64,000 nt of DNA from an uncultured Bacteroidota bacterium (lineage in GTDB: Bacteria; Bacteroidota; Bacteroidia; Bacteroidales; WCHB1-69): the NCBI GenBank assembly GCA_902786595.1, contig CADADB010000002.1:158011-222010 (forward strand), read 5' to 3'. This document shows, piece by piece, positions 20,351 to 29,398 of the stretch. A model generated the notes under the pieces. It saw nothing but the letters and a program-made list of their open reading frames with translations, was not told the DNA's origin and did no database searches. The translations under genes and the position numbers were made by a program. How positions within the stretch are numbered: the stretch's first letter is position 1; each line of letters begins with the position of its first letter.

Positions 20351-20388
20351 CAATTTTTTTGGGTTAAGTGGGAAAATGGGTTACAAGC

Positions 20389-21333
20389 TTATCGCGCAAC
20401 CCGCACCATACTAAACGCCCCGAACAACCCGAAACCGCCTTCGATGTTCGTGAAGGTGTGCGTGGGCTCCAACATCAGGAAATTCAGGTCGTAGTCATCG
20501 TTGTTTAACGTTTTCTCATATAAGTAGCTGTTGCGGTCGAGGAACAGGAAAAAATATTCGTCCTCGTTCTCGTCTTCCTCGTCATCCCAATCACCTTCAC
20601 CCTCTAAGGGAAGATTTTCATCCACCAGGAATCGCATCACCGCCCCGTCATTGCCTTCATCGGACACATACCGGTAGTCCTGGTTATTCCGGTACATCCA
20701 GACAGTGTAAAAATCCCAGTAATAGGAGGTTACCATGGGACCGCTACCATCACCAAAATCGTTGTGGGTGAACAAAACCTTCCCCATCAGCGCATAATGG
20801 TTCTCCTCACCCGCCACATCGCGCCATTCCGCATACACGTCCCGGTGCGGCCAGTCATTGATTTGTCCTAAGTGCATGTCGCTATTCACCGTCACAGTGT
20901 CGAACCGGAATCCCACATCATGCGCTACGGGAACAGTACAGGAGGACGAAACATCCTCAAAATCAGGATGTGACGCGCGGATGTAGTAGGTGTGCCCCTC
21001 TTCGACAGGAAATTCCTCTTTTGTCAAGAAAAAGTGTTGCCGCGGCTGATCATAGGCAGCGCGTGTCCATGTCTGACCGTCAGCAGAGAGTTCCACCACG
21101 CCGTCTTTCAGATTCGTCATTTCGATGTTGCTGCTGGCGTATAACAACGTGGTGTTACTTAGCAAGATATAAGTCGTGTCTAATTGCGGACAAAGACGGC
21201 AGTACAGCACCAATTTCTGCGTTTCATGAAAATCTTGGTCGATATGTACCTCATCCACACAACTCGAAAAGGTGAGTGCGCTTATAACGCAACAAGTGAA
21301 CACCAAAAGTCGAAATATGTTGAGCGATTTCAT
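20389..21333 (-). CDS. DUF4249-like lipoprotein (partner of the upstream TonB-dependent receptor)
   Basis: Lipoprotein signal ...LTFSSC. Sits immediately downstream of a CarboxypepD_reg-type TonB-dependent receptor. The family call is from memory. Confidence 0.6.
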   Translation of the reverse strand: MKSLNIFRLLVFTCCVISALTFSSCVDEVHIDQDFHETQKLVLYCRLCPQLDTTYILLSNTTLLYASSNIEMTNLKDGVVELSADGQTWTRAAYDQPRQHFFLTKEEFPVEEGHTYYIRASHPDFEDVSSSCTVPVAHDVGFRFDTVTVNSDMHLGQINDWPHRDVYAEWRDVAGEENHYALMGKVLFTHNDFGDGSGPMVTSYYWDFYTVWMYRNNQDYRYVSDEGNDGAVMRFLVDENLPLEGEGDWDDEEDENEDEYFFLFLDRNSYLYEKTLNNDDYDLNFLMLEPTHTFTNIEGGFGLFGAFSMVRVAR

Positions 21334-21337
21334 TGTC

Positions 21338-23758
21338 CTAGAATTTGAAATGATAGGTGAATGTGGGGATAATCGGGAAAATGCTGACCTGTTTCAGCGT
21401 ATATCTGGCCTGACCATTGACGTAATCTTGTTCCGTGAAGTAGAAGAACGGGTTGTGGTGGTTATAGACGTTATAAATGCTGATCTCGAAGATACTCTGG
21501 CCGTTGTTTTTCTTGTGCGGCTTGATAAACTGCACGCCGATATCAAGATGATGGAACGGTTTCATGCGGAAATCGTTTTTCTTACCGTAATTCTCCACAA
21601 AACCAGAGAGGTTTATTAAGTTCTCCTCGGTTGGAAGGAAAATGTCCATGTAGTCTTCAAGATCTTCAGCCGTATAAACCGAAGAGGGCAGAGTGACAGC
21701 GTTGCCGGTGGCGAAAACCCACGACAGCGAGAGGTTGATCTTCTTGGTCGGGCTGTACATCAATACGATGGAGACGTCATGCCGACGATCGTAGCGGGCG
21801 AAGAATGGTTTCCCGAAGTTCAGCTCGTCGAACTGCTGCTTGGTCCAAGAGAGCGTGTAGCCAACCCATCCCGTAAACTTTCCAACTTCCTTACGCACAA
21901 GGAATTCCACGCCGTATGACCAACCCTTGCCAGAGGTCACGTTATCAGACCATTGTCTTTCGAAACTGTTGTTTTGCTCTTCTTCAAGCAGTTGCTGAAG
22001 CGCAGTGGTGAAATACGAAGTACCTTCTTTGTAAGCCAAAATGTGGTCCATTTTCTTGTAATAACCCTCCAAAGAGAATGAAAGTTGCGGCTTTTTCAGG
22101 TCGTAGTGCAAACCAAGTGCGACTTGTTGCGAGCGTTGCGGCCGAACCTTGTCCGTAACGGGTACCCACAAGTCCGTTGGAAGTCCTATCGTACTGGTAC
22201 TCAATAGAATCATATTCTGGCTCATCATGGCGTAAGATGCTTTCAGGGCAAGGTTGGGAAGGAAATTGTAGCTCATGGAGAGTCGTGGTTCTGGCGAGAA
22301 CCAGGTTTTGCGCGGCACGGAGAACCCCACTAAGCGGACACCCGGATTAATGCGGAACTTGTTGCGGATGTTGATCTCATCTTCCACATAGACAGCGTAT
22401 TCCAGACCGCGGTTTTTATCTACTTGTCGCAATGTGAGGGTGTCGGTTTTCATGGTCATGGCATTGGGCCGTGCTTCATGGTAAGTGACAGCCGCGCCGG
22501 TGAGGATGCGGTGTGTGGCATTCGGATGGAAGGAGACATCGTACTTCAGCGTGTAGTCGCGGATGCCGGAATTGAAATCGGAACTGAACATCTCATTGTC
22601 AGGGTCATTAGGCCCGTAGTAGTACTTGTACTTCATGTAGGTGTTCATCGTGTAATCGCTGAACACGAACGAAAGATTGGAAAATATCTTATTGGAAAAC
22701 AGATGGTTCCATCGCGCAGTGGTCGTGGCATTCTGCCAAAAAAGCCCCATCTTGTACTTGTCGGAGTTTCCCATATTGTGGTCGCTTTGGGCTATGTGGA
22801 ATTTGTCGCGACCGAAATAGGCACTGAGGTAGAGTTTGTCTTTTTTGCTGAGGTCAAAATTGAATTTGCCGTTCAGGTCGAAGAAATAGTAACCACCAGC
22901 CGCCCCATTTCCTGTGATTTTCATGAGGGGTATCATCAGCAGGTCAAGGTAGGTGGTTCGCCCGGAAATCATAAAGGAAGCCTTGTCCTTGATGATGGGA
23001 CCCTCCACCATCACGTTGGAGGAGATAATTCCGATACCGCCTTCCACGTGGTAGCTGTCCTTGTTGCCGTCTTTCATGTTGATGTCGATGACAGAGGAGA
23101 GCCGCCCGCCATAACGTGCAGGAAATCCACCTTTTACAAGCTCAACGGATTTGATGGCATCGCCGTTGAAGATAGAAAAGAACCCTAAAAGGTGGCTGGC
23201 GTTATAAATAGTGGCTTCGTCGAGGATGATGAGGTTCTGGTCGGGACCACCGCCGCGCACATAAATACCGGAGGTGCCTTCCGATGCCGACTGCACGCCA
23301 GGCAGCAGCAGCAACGTCTTGAAGACGTCCTTTTCTCCAAAGAGCATCGGGACTTGTTGTATCTCCCTGGTGGTCAGTTTGATGGAACTCATCTGTACCT
23401 GCTCGGTGTTTGTCTTTTCTCCCTTGATGGTTACTGTTTCCAGCATCGTGATTTTCGACAGTCGCGCATCGTATTCGACATTCTCGGCATTGCGAATCCG
23501 TAGGGTATCGTTGATATAGCCGAAACTATTGAAAACGAGATACATACCTTCGCGATATGGCAATGTAAGCGTGTAGAAGCCGTATGTATTCGTTGTGGTG
23601 GCCGTCTGTGAAACAGGTTCATAAATCAAGCCCCCGGGTAACGATTCCAGACTCCCGCGCTCGTAAAGGTGACCGCTCACGGTGATGTTCTGGGCGAGAA
23701 CAGGACCGCAAAACATCAAAAAAAAGATAACATAGAGAAAATTCTTTTTCCCCAGCAT
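21338..23758 (-). CDS. TonB-dependent receptor with N-terminal carboxypeptidase-regulatory-like domain
   Basis: Signal peptide MLGKKNFLYVIFFLMFCGPVLAQ at internal Met 17, which avoids overlap with the upstream gene. Plug region and a C-terminus ending TYHFKF. Confidence 0.88.
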   Translation of the reverse strand: MLGKKNFLYVIFFLMFCGPVLAQNITVSGHLYERGSLESLPGGLIYEPVSQTATTTNTYGFYTLTLPYREGMYLVFNSFGYINDTLRIRNAENVEYDARLSKITMLETVTIKGEKTNTEQVQMSSIKLTTREIQQVPMLFGEKDVFKTLLLLPGVQSASEGTSGIYVRGGGPDQNLIILDEATIYNASHLLGFFSIFNGDAIKSVELVKGGFPARYGGRLSSVIDINMKDGNKDSYHVEGGIGIISSNVMVEGPIIKDKASFMISGRTTYLDLLMIPLMKITGNGAAGGYYFFDLNGKFNFDLSKKDKLYLSAYFGRDKFHIAQSDHNMGNSDKYKMGLFWQNATTTARWNHLFSNKIFSNLSFVFSDYTMNTYMKYKYYYGPNDPDNEMFSSDFNSGIRDYTLKYDVSFHPNATHRILTGAAVTYHEARPNAMTMKTDTLTLRQVDKNRGLEYAVYVEDEINIRNKFRINPGVRLVGFSVPRKTWFSPEPRLSMSYNFLPNLALKASYAMMSQNMILLSTSTIGLPTDLWVPVTDKVRPQRSQQVALGLHYDLKKPQLSFSLEGYYKKMDHILAYKEGTSYFTTALQQLLEEEQNNSFERQWSDNVTSGKGWSYGVEFLVRKEVGKFTGWVGYTLSWTKQQFDELNFGKPFFARYDRRHDVSIVLMYSPTKKINLSLSWVFATGNAVTLPSSVYTAEDLEDYMDIFLPTEENLINLSGFVENYGKKNDFRMKPFHHLDIGVQFIKPHKKNNGQSIFEISIYNVYNHHNPFFYFTEQDYVNGQARYTLKQVSIFPIIPTFTYHFKF

Positions 23759-23769
23759 ATCCAATTGTC

Positions 23770-24348
23770 TTACAATCCAAGAATCATCTTGGCAAGGTCT
23801 TTGCAAACGTCTTTCACGCCCTTGGCAGCAAGTTTCGAATAATTATCCATCTGGGAGATGCGGCGGTGTTTGAAGGTAATGACCGCATTGTCGCCGTCAT
23901 AAATTACACCTTCTGTGCCGAAGACCGCGTTACCGGCGCCGAAACCGACCCACGCGCGCAACGCGCGGTTACCGAGATCAAACTCCGCCCAGTTCAGCTG
24001 CAGCACGATGGCCTCAGGGTCACGCACATCGGCATTCTCGGCTACAACGACCTTGTAGCCCTTCTTTTCCAAGTTTTTGTTCAATTCATTTGCCACCGAA
24101 TTCGTGAGAGTGGTAAGTGCTTTTGTTACCAGATTGTAATTGTCGTTGTCTTCTTCAGGCAACTTTACATCAGAGGTCATCACCGGCAACAGGATCACCG
24201 TCTTGCGGCCTGAAAAATCATACGCCGCCTTCACTTCCAGTTGGTCAATGGTATTCTTCCAGTCTTGGTACTTTCCGACCTTAACTTGGGCCATCATCCC
24301 CATACAGGAGAACATCAGGATGGCCAGGATAATGGTTGTTCTTTTCAT
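23770..24348 (-). CDS. Hypothetical secreted protein or lipoprotein
   Basis: 192 aa with an N-terminal signal (MKRTTIILAILMFSCMGMMAQ). I did not recognise a family. Confidence 0.6.
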   Translation of the reverse strand: MKRTTIILAILMFSCMGMMAQVKVGKYQDWKNTIDQLEVKAAYDFSGRKTVILLPVMTSDVKLPEEDNDNYNLVTKALTTLTNSVANELNKNLEKKGYKVVVAENADVRDPEAIVLQLNWAEFDLGNRALRAWVGFGAGNAVFGTEGVIYDGDNAVITFKHRRISQMDNYSKLAAKGVKDVCKDLAKMILGL

Positions 24349-24354
24349 TGTATT

Positions 24355-24414
24355 AAGGTTTAGGGTTTAAGGTTTAAGGTTAAAAGGTTAGGAGGTTAGA
24401 AGGTAAAAGGTTAA
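24355..24414. repeat. Period-7 array (AAGGTTT/AAGGTTA)
   Basis: aaggtttagggtttaaggtttaaggttaaaaggttaggaggttagaaggtaaaaggttaa. Confidence 0.85.
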
Positions 24415-24479
24415 TATTATGGGGTTTATAAAAAATTTCCTTGAGCAGCCCCGTTAGGGGCAAGAGCTTGGTAGCAGGT

Positions 24480-26315
24480 TTACGATTCTTCCGAGAAATT
24501 GTCAATCTCCTCCCTCAGGTTCTCCATGATGAAGTTCTGTCGTTGCGGCGTGTTCTTGCCCATGTAGTACTCGATGACTGCGTCGATGTTGCTCTTCGCG
24601 TCGAGGACCACCGGCTCCAGGCGGATGTTCTTGCCGATGAAACCCTTGAACTCCGGCGGGGAAATCTCACCCAGACCTTTGAATCGGGTGATTTCTGGCT
24701 TCTTCCCTAACGACTTGATAGCTTGCAATTTTTCTTCCTCGGAGTAGCAATAGACGGTTTTCTGCTTGTTGCGCACGCGGAAGAGCGGCGTTTGCAGGAC
24801 ATAAACATGCCCCGAGCGGACTACGTCGGGGAAGTATTTCAGGAAGAAGGCCATCAGCAGCAGCCGGATGTGCATGCCATCGACATCGGCATCGGTGGCG
24901 ATGATGATGTTGTTGTAGCGCAGCCCATCGACGCCGTCCTCGATGTTGAGGGCGGCCTGTAGCAGACTCAGCTCCTCGTTGGAGTAGATGGCGCTCTTCG
25001 ACTTGATGATGTTCGCCGGCTTGCCCTTCAAGCTGAAGACCGCCTGCGTGTTCGCGTCGCGCGACTGCGTGATGGAACCGGATGCCGAGTCGCCCTCGGT
25101 GATGAAAATCATCGTCTCCAACCCGCGTGAGTCGTTGGTGTTGAAATGGTACTTGCAATCGCGCAGCTTCTTGTTGTGCAGACTCACCTTCTTCTGGATT
25201 TCTTTGGTCTGCTTCTTCAGATTGGAGATGGCAATACGCTCTTTTTCAGCTTCTTGTATCTTTTTCAGAATCACATCGGCTACATCGGGATGCTTGTGCA
25301 GGTAGTTGTCTAACAAGCGGCCGATCATGTCGTTCACATAGTTGCGGATGGTCTGCCCGCCGGGTTCAATATGCTCGGAGCCCAACTTGGTTTTGGTCTG
25401 GGAGTCGAAGATGGGGTCTTTGACCTTGATGGACATGTTGGCGACGACGGAATTGCGGACATCCGCAGGCTCGAAGTTCTTCTTGAAGAAGTCGCGGAAA
25501 GTTTTGACGATGGCCTCGCGCATGGCCTGTTGGTGGGTGCCGCCGTGCTCCGTGTACTGGCTGTTGACGAATGTGTAGTACTCCTCGCCGTATTTTCGGT
25601 TAGTGTGGACCATGGCGAACTCGAAGTTGTCGTCTTTCAGGTAGATGGGCTCATACAGGGCGTTGTCGCCCACTTTTTTGTTGAGCAAATCCAAGAGGCC
25701 GTTTTTGGAGTAGAAGCGTTTGCCGTTGAAGTTGATGGTCAGGCCGCGGTTCAGATAGACGTAGTTCCAGAGCAGATTCTCGATGTATTCGGTGTACCAT
25801 TCGTAATTCTCGAAGATGGTGTTGTCGGGGAGGAAGGAGGCCATCGTGCCGTTCTTCTCGTCGGTGGCCTCGATGGGATACTCCTTGGTCAGCAGGCCGG
25901 CGGAGAACTCGGCTCTTTTCATCTGGCCGTCGCGCACGCTTTGCACGAGCAGGTGCGTGGAGAGCGCGTTCACCGCCTTCACGCCCACACCGTTCATGCC
26001 GATGGATGCGAAATCGCCCTTGAAGTTGCGGCCCGTGTTCATCTTGGAGTAGCAATCGACCACCTTGTTCAAGGGGATGCCGCGGCCGTAGTCGCGCACG
26101 GTCACGCGGTTTTCCTTGATGGTGATGTCGATGACCTTGCCGTAGCCGTTCATGAACTCGTCGATGGCGTTGTCCATCACCTCCTTCAGGAGCACGTAGA
26201 TGCCGTCGTCGTGCGACGAGCCGTCGCCCTTCTTGCCGATGTACATGCCGGGTCTCGTCCGGATGTGCTCGTACCAATTCAGGGTTATAATGTTATCATC
26301 TTGATAATCTGCCAT
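24480..26315 (-). CDS. parE: Type IIA topoisomerase subunit B (topoisomerase IV ParE-like)
   Basis: 611 aa. GHKL ATPase N-terminus (RPGMYIG, EVMDNAIDE), TOPRIM EGDSASGS and ATDADVDGMHIR. Confidence 0.93.
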   Translation of the reverse strand: MADYQDDNIITLNWYEHIRTRPGMYIGKKGDGSSHDDGIYVLLKEVMDNAIDEFMNGYGKVIDITIKENRVTVRDYGRGIPLNKVVDCYSKMNTGRNFKGDFASIGMNGVGVKAVNALSTHLLVQSVRDGQMKRAEFSAGLLTKEYPIEATDEKNGTMASFLPDNTIFENYEWYTEYIENLLWNYVYLNRGLTINFNGKRFYSKNGLLDLLNKKVGDNALYEPIYLKDDNFEFAMVHTNRKYGEEYYTFVNSQYTEHGGTHQQAMREAIVKTFRDFFKKNFEPADVRNSVVANMSIKVKDPIFDSQTKTKLGSEHIEPGGQTIRNYVNDMIGRLLDNYLHKHPDVADVILKKIQEAEKERIAISNLKKQTKEIQKKVSLHNKKLRDCKYHFNTNDSRGLETMIFITEGDSASGSITQSRDANTQAVFSLKGKPANIIKSKSAIYSNEELSLLQAALNIEDGVDGLRYNNIIIATDADVDGMHIRLLLMAFFLKYFPDVVRSGHVYVLQTPLFRVRNKQKTVYCYSEEEKLQAIKSLGKKPEITRFKGLGEISPPEFKGFIGKNIRLEPVVLDAKSNIDAVIEYYMGKNTPQRQNFIMENLREEIDNFSEES

Positions 26316-26353
26316 ATCACTGTCTTACAATTGTCAAATCAGGTTTTTCGGTC

Positions 26354-26383
26354 TGTAGAGACGTTTCCTGAAACGTCTCTACA
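26354..26383. repeat. GTAGAGACG palindromic element, T-subtype (H4)
   Basis: TGTAGAGACGTTTCCTGAAACGTCTCTACA, between the sigma-gene stop and the parE start. Confidence 0.9.
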
Positions 26384-26450
26384 ACGACGTTTCAGGCGCG
26401 TCCATACAAAGGTTACATAATGGTTTTGCCGCATTCTTGAAAATGCGGCG

Positions 26451-26458
26451 CAAAAGTA
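26451..26458 (-). promoter_or_regulatory. -7 box TACTTTTG (minus strand), parE
   Basis: CAAAAGTA on the plus strand. Confidence 0.5.
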
Positions 26459-26488
26459 CAAAAAATTCGGTTGCTCGCGGCGTGACAA

Positions 26489-27637
26489 TCACTGCTCACC
26501 GATAACCTGATACACCGTGTCCGACACGATGGTGGTGTCGCGGATCACGACGGTCCGGCGGACGGGCACCTTTTGGGTGATGATGACGGGGTCGGGATTC
26601 GTTGTTTCTTCCGTTTTCGCTAATGCGGCGGGTGGTGTCCCGACAACGCTGGCGGGTGACGTTTCGGCGTCGGTCCGTAGGGGCGAATAATTATTCGCCC
26701 CTACAACGGAATTTGTTCCTACAACGGATTTCGTCCCTACAACAGAATCTGTCGCCACAACGCGTTCCGTCAATGTATTCGTGTTAGGAGATGCAACCGT
26801 ATCAGGAGACATTGCGCGCACCGTCTCTACCATCGGGGACGGATTATTGGCCGGGTTTGGGGCGACGGGGTGGTGACGGCCCGCCTGCCAACCGACGGCG
26901 CCGCCCGTGATGCCCGCAGCCGTGACGAGGAGGAGGGTGGCCTTGTGCGCCGCGATAGCGGTGACGAATTTGCCCGGGGAGGTGGCCGCCGTTTGGACGA
27001 TTCCGGCGGCGGAATCCATTCGCAATCCCGACAATTTGGAACGGTACAACCGGTCCAACCGGCGGGAATCGGCGTTGGTTCGTTTCAGGATAAAAAGCAG
27101 GGGTATCATAAGCAATCCTTTCCTCTTGTTCTCTTTTTGTTTGTATTTGTCTGTGAGCATTTGGCCCAGACGCACGCGGGCCCGGTGGTGCAACTGCTTG
27201 GAGTAGGCCACCGAGATGTCGAGCAGTCCCGCGATGCGCCGGTGCGAGTATCCTTCGATGGCGTAGAGGTTGAAGACCGTCCGTTGCTGTTCCGGCAGCT
27301 GCTGGACGGTTTCCAACAGCTCCTTCTCTGTGAAGTCGGCGGTCCAAATCGGTTCGGTGTCTTCGTCTGGGCGTTCGGCGGCGGGTTCCGACTCCAAGGC
27401 GATGAAATCGGGCTTTTGTCGCAGGTAGTCGATGCAGTGGTTCACGGCGATGCGGGTCAGCCAGGCATCGAAGCGGCCGAAGGCGCGGTAGGCCTTGAAG
27501 GTTTCCATTGCCTTCAGGAACACGTCCTGCGCCAGATCCTGCGCCACCGTCCAGTCGTTGACATAGCGGTAGCAGATCCCGACAATCCTGCCGTGCCCCC
27601 TCCGGTACTGCTTCTCCCAAAATTTCGCCTTGTCCAT
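26489..27637 (-). CDS. ECF-type sigma-70 factor fused to a transmembrane segment and a low-complexity extracytoplasmic tail
   Basis: Probable start MDKAKFW at 27637. Region 2: DLAQDVFLKAMETF...DAWLTRIAVNHCIDYLRQ. Region 4: LPEQQRTVFNLYAIEGYSHRRIAGLLDISVAYSKQLHHRAR. About 200 further residues follow with one hydrophobic helix (ATLLLVTAAGITGGAVGW). Confidence 0.8.
   Translation of the reverse strand: MDKAKFWEKQYRRGHGRIVGICYRYVNDWTVAQDLAQDVFLKAMETFKAYRAFGRFDAWLTRIAVNHCIDYLRQKPDFIALESEPAAERPDEDTEPIWTADFTEKELLETVQQLPEQQRTVFNLYAIEGYSHRRIAGLLDISVAYSKQLHHRARVRLGQMLTDKYKQKENKRKGLLMIPLLFILKRTNADSRRLDRLYRSKLSGLRMDSAAGIVQTAATSPGKFVTAIAAHKATLLLVTAAGITGGAVGWQAGRHHPVAPNPANNPSPMVETVRAMSPDTVASPNTNTLTERVVATDSVVGTKSVVGTNSVVGANNYSPLRTDAETSPASVVGTPPAALAKTEETTNPDPVIITQKVPVRRTVVIRDTTIVSDTVYQVIGEQ
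26677..26704. repeat. GTAGGGG-type perfect palindrome inside the sigma-tail CDS
   Basis: GTAGGGGCGAATAATTATTCGCCCCTAC, 14 of 14 paired. Encodes VGANNYSPL. Confidence 0.9.
26701..26772. repeat. Four tandem 18-bp units inside the sigma-tail CDS
   Basis: ctacaacggaatttgttc / ctacaacggatttcgtcc / ctacaacagaatctgtcg / ccacaacgcgttccgtca. Encodes a (T/D)xSVVG hexapeptide repeat. Confidence 0.85.
26803..26830. repeat. Decayed GTAGAGACG element inside the sigma-tail CDS
   Basis: caGGAGACattgcgcgcacCGTCTCTAC. The right arm is intact and the left arm is decayed. Encodes VETVRAMSP. Confidence 0.6.
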
Positions 27638-27666
27638 TCGATACTGTTGCCGACTGCCTGCCCACC

Positions 27667-27734
27667 ACTCACTAATCACTGATCACTAATCACTAATATC
27701 ATAACGTGAAAAAGTGAAAAGGTGACAGCCGGGG
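27667..27734 (-). promoter_or_regulatory. Conserved leader element, copy A (upstream of the sigma gene; lacks the -7 box)
   Basis: Minus-strand reading: CCCCGGCTGTCACCTTTTCACTTTTTCACGTTATGATATTAGTGATTAGTGATCAGTGATTAGTGAG. Confidence 0.75.
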
Positions 27735-27763
27735 TGATATTTTTTGCGGTGAAATTACAAAAA

Positions 27764-28453
27764 TCAGAATTTCAAACGGTACCCCACATTCAAGATTCCT
27801 TGCGTGCCGTACCCCAATTCGATGTTCCCGTTGTTACGCTTGCCGAGGGAGACACCGAGCAGTGTGAGATGTCCGGAAGGAAAAATCACCAAATCGCCTT
27901 TCCAGTGTTCGTCCATAAAATACAAAGTAAACCCTAAAGAACAACCTGAATATAAGGTACAAACAGGGTATCTTTTAAAAGTGATTCGATAGGAAGTTTG
28001 CAATGCCCAAAACGCATTCAACGAATTATAGGGCTGATTCTCTCGTTTTAGAGTCTTAATCAACGGAGAATAGGGCTCTTGATAAGGGTTGTCGGTGGGC
28101 AGCGTGGTGATATGGCGGAATGCCAATGTGGATTGTATCCCGACGGCGTGAAACCGGGTCATGTTGTAGTAATAATTAAACGTGAAAGACCCTATCAGCC
28201 AGCTGTCTATGGTATCTCCTATATCCGTCTTGTAGTGTTCGTGATGGCTGAACCACTTTTCGTCGCTACGTGCACGATCCCACATTCCAATCACAGGATA
28301 AATTCCCATCGAAAAACCAATCTCATGTTTAGGCACATCAGACAACCCATCTGATGTGTTTTGTGCAGTACAAGTGACGGATACAAACAGAAACATGCAC
28401 AAAAACAAGAGTGAATACATTCCTAACAGGTCTTTTTTCATAATATGCAGCAT
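27764..28453 (-). CDS. Small outer-membrane beta-barrel-like protein (paralog of the 28454..29302 C-terminal domain)
   Basis: Signal peptide. Shares KHEI..S.G..P.IG and NIELG.GTQG.L..GY..KF with the upstream gene and has a C-terminal Phe. Its ATG abuts the upstream stop; Met5 at 28441 is an alternative start. Confidence 0.7.
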   Translation of the reverse strand: MLHIMKKDLLGMYSLLFLCMFLFVSVTCTAQNTSDGLSDVPKHEIGFSMGIYPVIGMWDRARSDEKWFSHHEHYKTDIGDTIDSWLIGSFTFNYYYNMTRFHAVGIQSTLAFRHITTLPTDNPYQEPYSPLIKTLKRENQPYNSLNAFWALQTSYRITFKRYPVCTLYSGCSLGFTLYFMDEHWKGDLVIFPSGHLTLLGVSLGKRNNGNIELGYGTQGILNVGYRLKF

Positions 28454-29302
28454 TTAGAATTTGTAACTGTAACCGATCTTCAACATCCCTTGTGTCCCTA
28501 ACCCAAGTTCTATGTTGGCAGCATTATGATTGCCTATACGTATTCCAAGATAATTGATGTTGAAATCGAAACGCCAATCGTGGCAGTTTTTTAATGGGTA
28601 AACGTTGGGGACTTCTGGCAAATGATTGATGCCATCCTCATAATAGGCTGCATCACCGATAAGATATAATGTGGCTCCAAAAGAAACCGAAGAATACAGG
28701 GATATTTTTTCTGTGTTAAAAAAATGTATGCTGTAGCCTGCTTGGAAACAGAGGTAGTGAACATAATCGTTTCTGTATGCCCAATGTCTCACATATATAG
28801 TCGGTGCCGTATGCTTCATCGCCGCCCAAGTAAGGTTGAAGTCCACACTGTGCAACTTGTTGAAATAAAGGTGGTATTGTAGATTGACACCTCCGAAGAA
28901 GAGCTCTTTTAAAGAACTATAGTCTTCAAAAGACACATTTTCAAAACTCCCTCGGTAAAAAGTGCCGATATAAGGGGCTAAACCGTACGAGACCTCGATC
29001 TCATGCTTGAGATCCAGACCGTTTTGACGTGCATGGTGGACAGGGCTTTGGCGGTACTCGTCCATGGCCAGCGCGACAGTGTCGTGCACTCGGAGCGTGT
29101 CGTGCACGAAGAGGGTGTCATAGACAGGCTCTTCCTCCACCACGTACAGGGTGTCGCGGTGCTGGGCGGAGAGGGGAGAGGCGAGGGCGAGGAGGACGAC
29201 GAGGGACAGACACGCACGTATTGCGCTGCGCGCATACTGTGCTACCGAGCTCTTGTCCCTCCGGGACTGCTTAAGGAAGTAGTTTCTTATATACATAGCC
29301 AT
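28454..29302 (-). CDS. Beta-barrel-like protein with a shared N-terminal module (MAMYIRN...QHRDTLYVVEEEPVYDTLFVHDTLRVHDT)
   Basis: 282 aa. Long signal/anchor region and a C-terminus ending GYSYKF. Confidence 0.7.
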   Translation of the reverse strand: MAMYIRNYFLKQSRRDKSSVAQYARSAIRACLSLVVLLALASPLSAQHRDTLYVVEEEPVYDTLFVHDTLRVHDTVALAMDEYRQSPVHHARQNGLDLKHEIEVSYGLAPYIGTFYRGSFENVSFEDYSSLKELFFGGVNLQYHLYFNKLHSVDFNLTWAAMKHTAPTIYVRHWAYRNDYVHYLCFQAGYSIHFFNTEKISLYSSVSFGATLYLIGDAAYYEDGINHLPEVPNVYPLKNCHDWRFDFNINYLGIRIGNHNAANIELGLGTQGMLKIGYSYKF

Positions 29303-29317
29303 ATCGGTTTAGCGCTA

Positions 29318-29393
29318 TTCACTGCTCACTGTTCACTGTTCACTAATATCATAACGTGAAAAAGCGAAAAGGTGACAGTCGGGGGCAAAAATA
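29318..29393 (-). promoter_or_regulatory. Conserved promoter plus leader element, copy B
   Basis: -7 box TATTTTTG (plus-strand 29386-29393), then CCCCCGACTGTCACCTTTTCGCTTTTTCACGTTATGATATTAGTGAACAGTGAACAGTGAGCAGTGAA on the minus strand. Confidence 0.75.
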
Positions 29394-29398
29394 AAATC

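Noticed and set aside
18735-20414. 559-aa plus-strand ORF
   Set aside because: It lies entirely antisense to aspS, which has unmistakable class II synthetase motifs. It is a Val/Gly/His/Leu-rich shadow ORF, typical of GC-rich coding regions.
25371-26420. 349-aa plus-strand ORF and the 208-aa and 163-aa minus-strand alternate-frame ORFs
   Set aside because: They overlap parE. The plus-strand ORF tail (VETFPETSLQ) is simply hairpin H4 translated.
26428-26449. Hairpin GCCGCATT-N6-AATGCGGC between the sigma gene and parE
   Set aside because: There is no U-run on either strand, and it starts at the predicted parE TSS. It cannot be assigned as a terminator or as a regulator.
26870-27682. 270-aa plus-strand and 274-aa minus-strand alternate-frame ORFs over the sigma gene
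   Set aside because: Only the 26489..27637 frame contains sigma-70 region 2 and region 4 motifs. The others are Arg/Gly/Pro-rich shadows.
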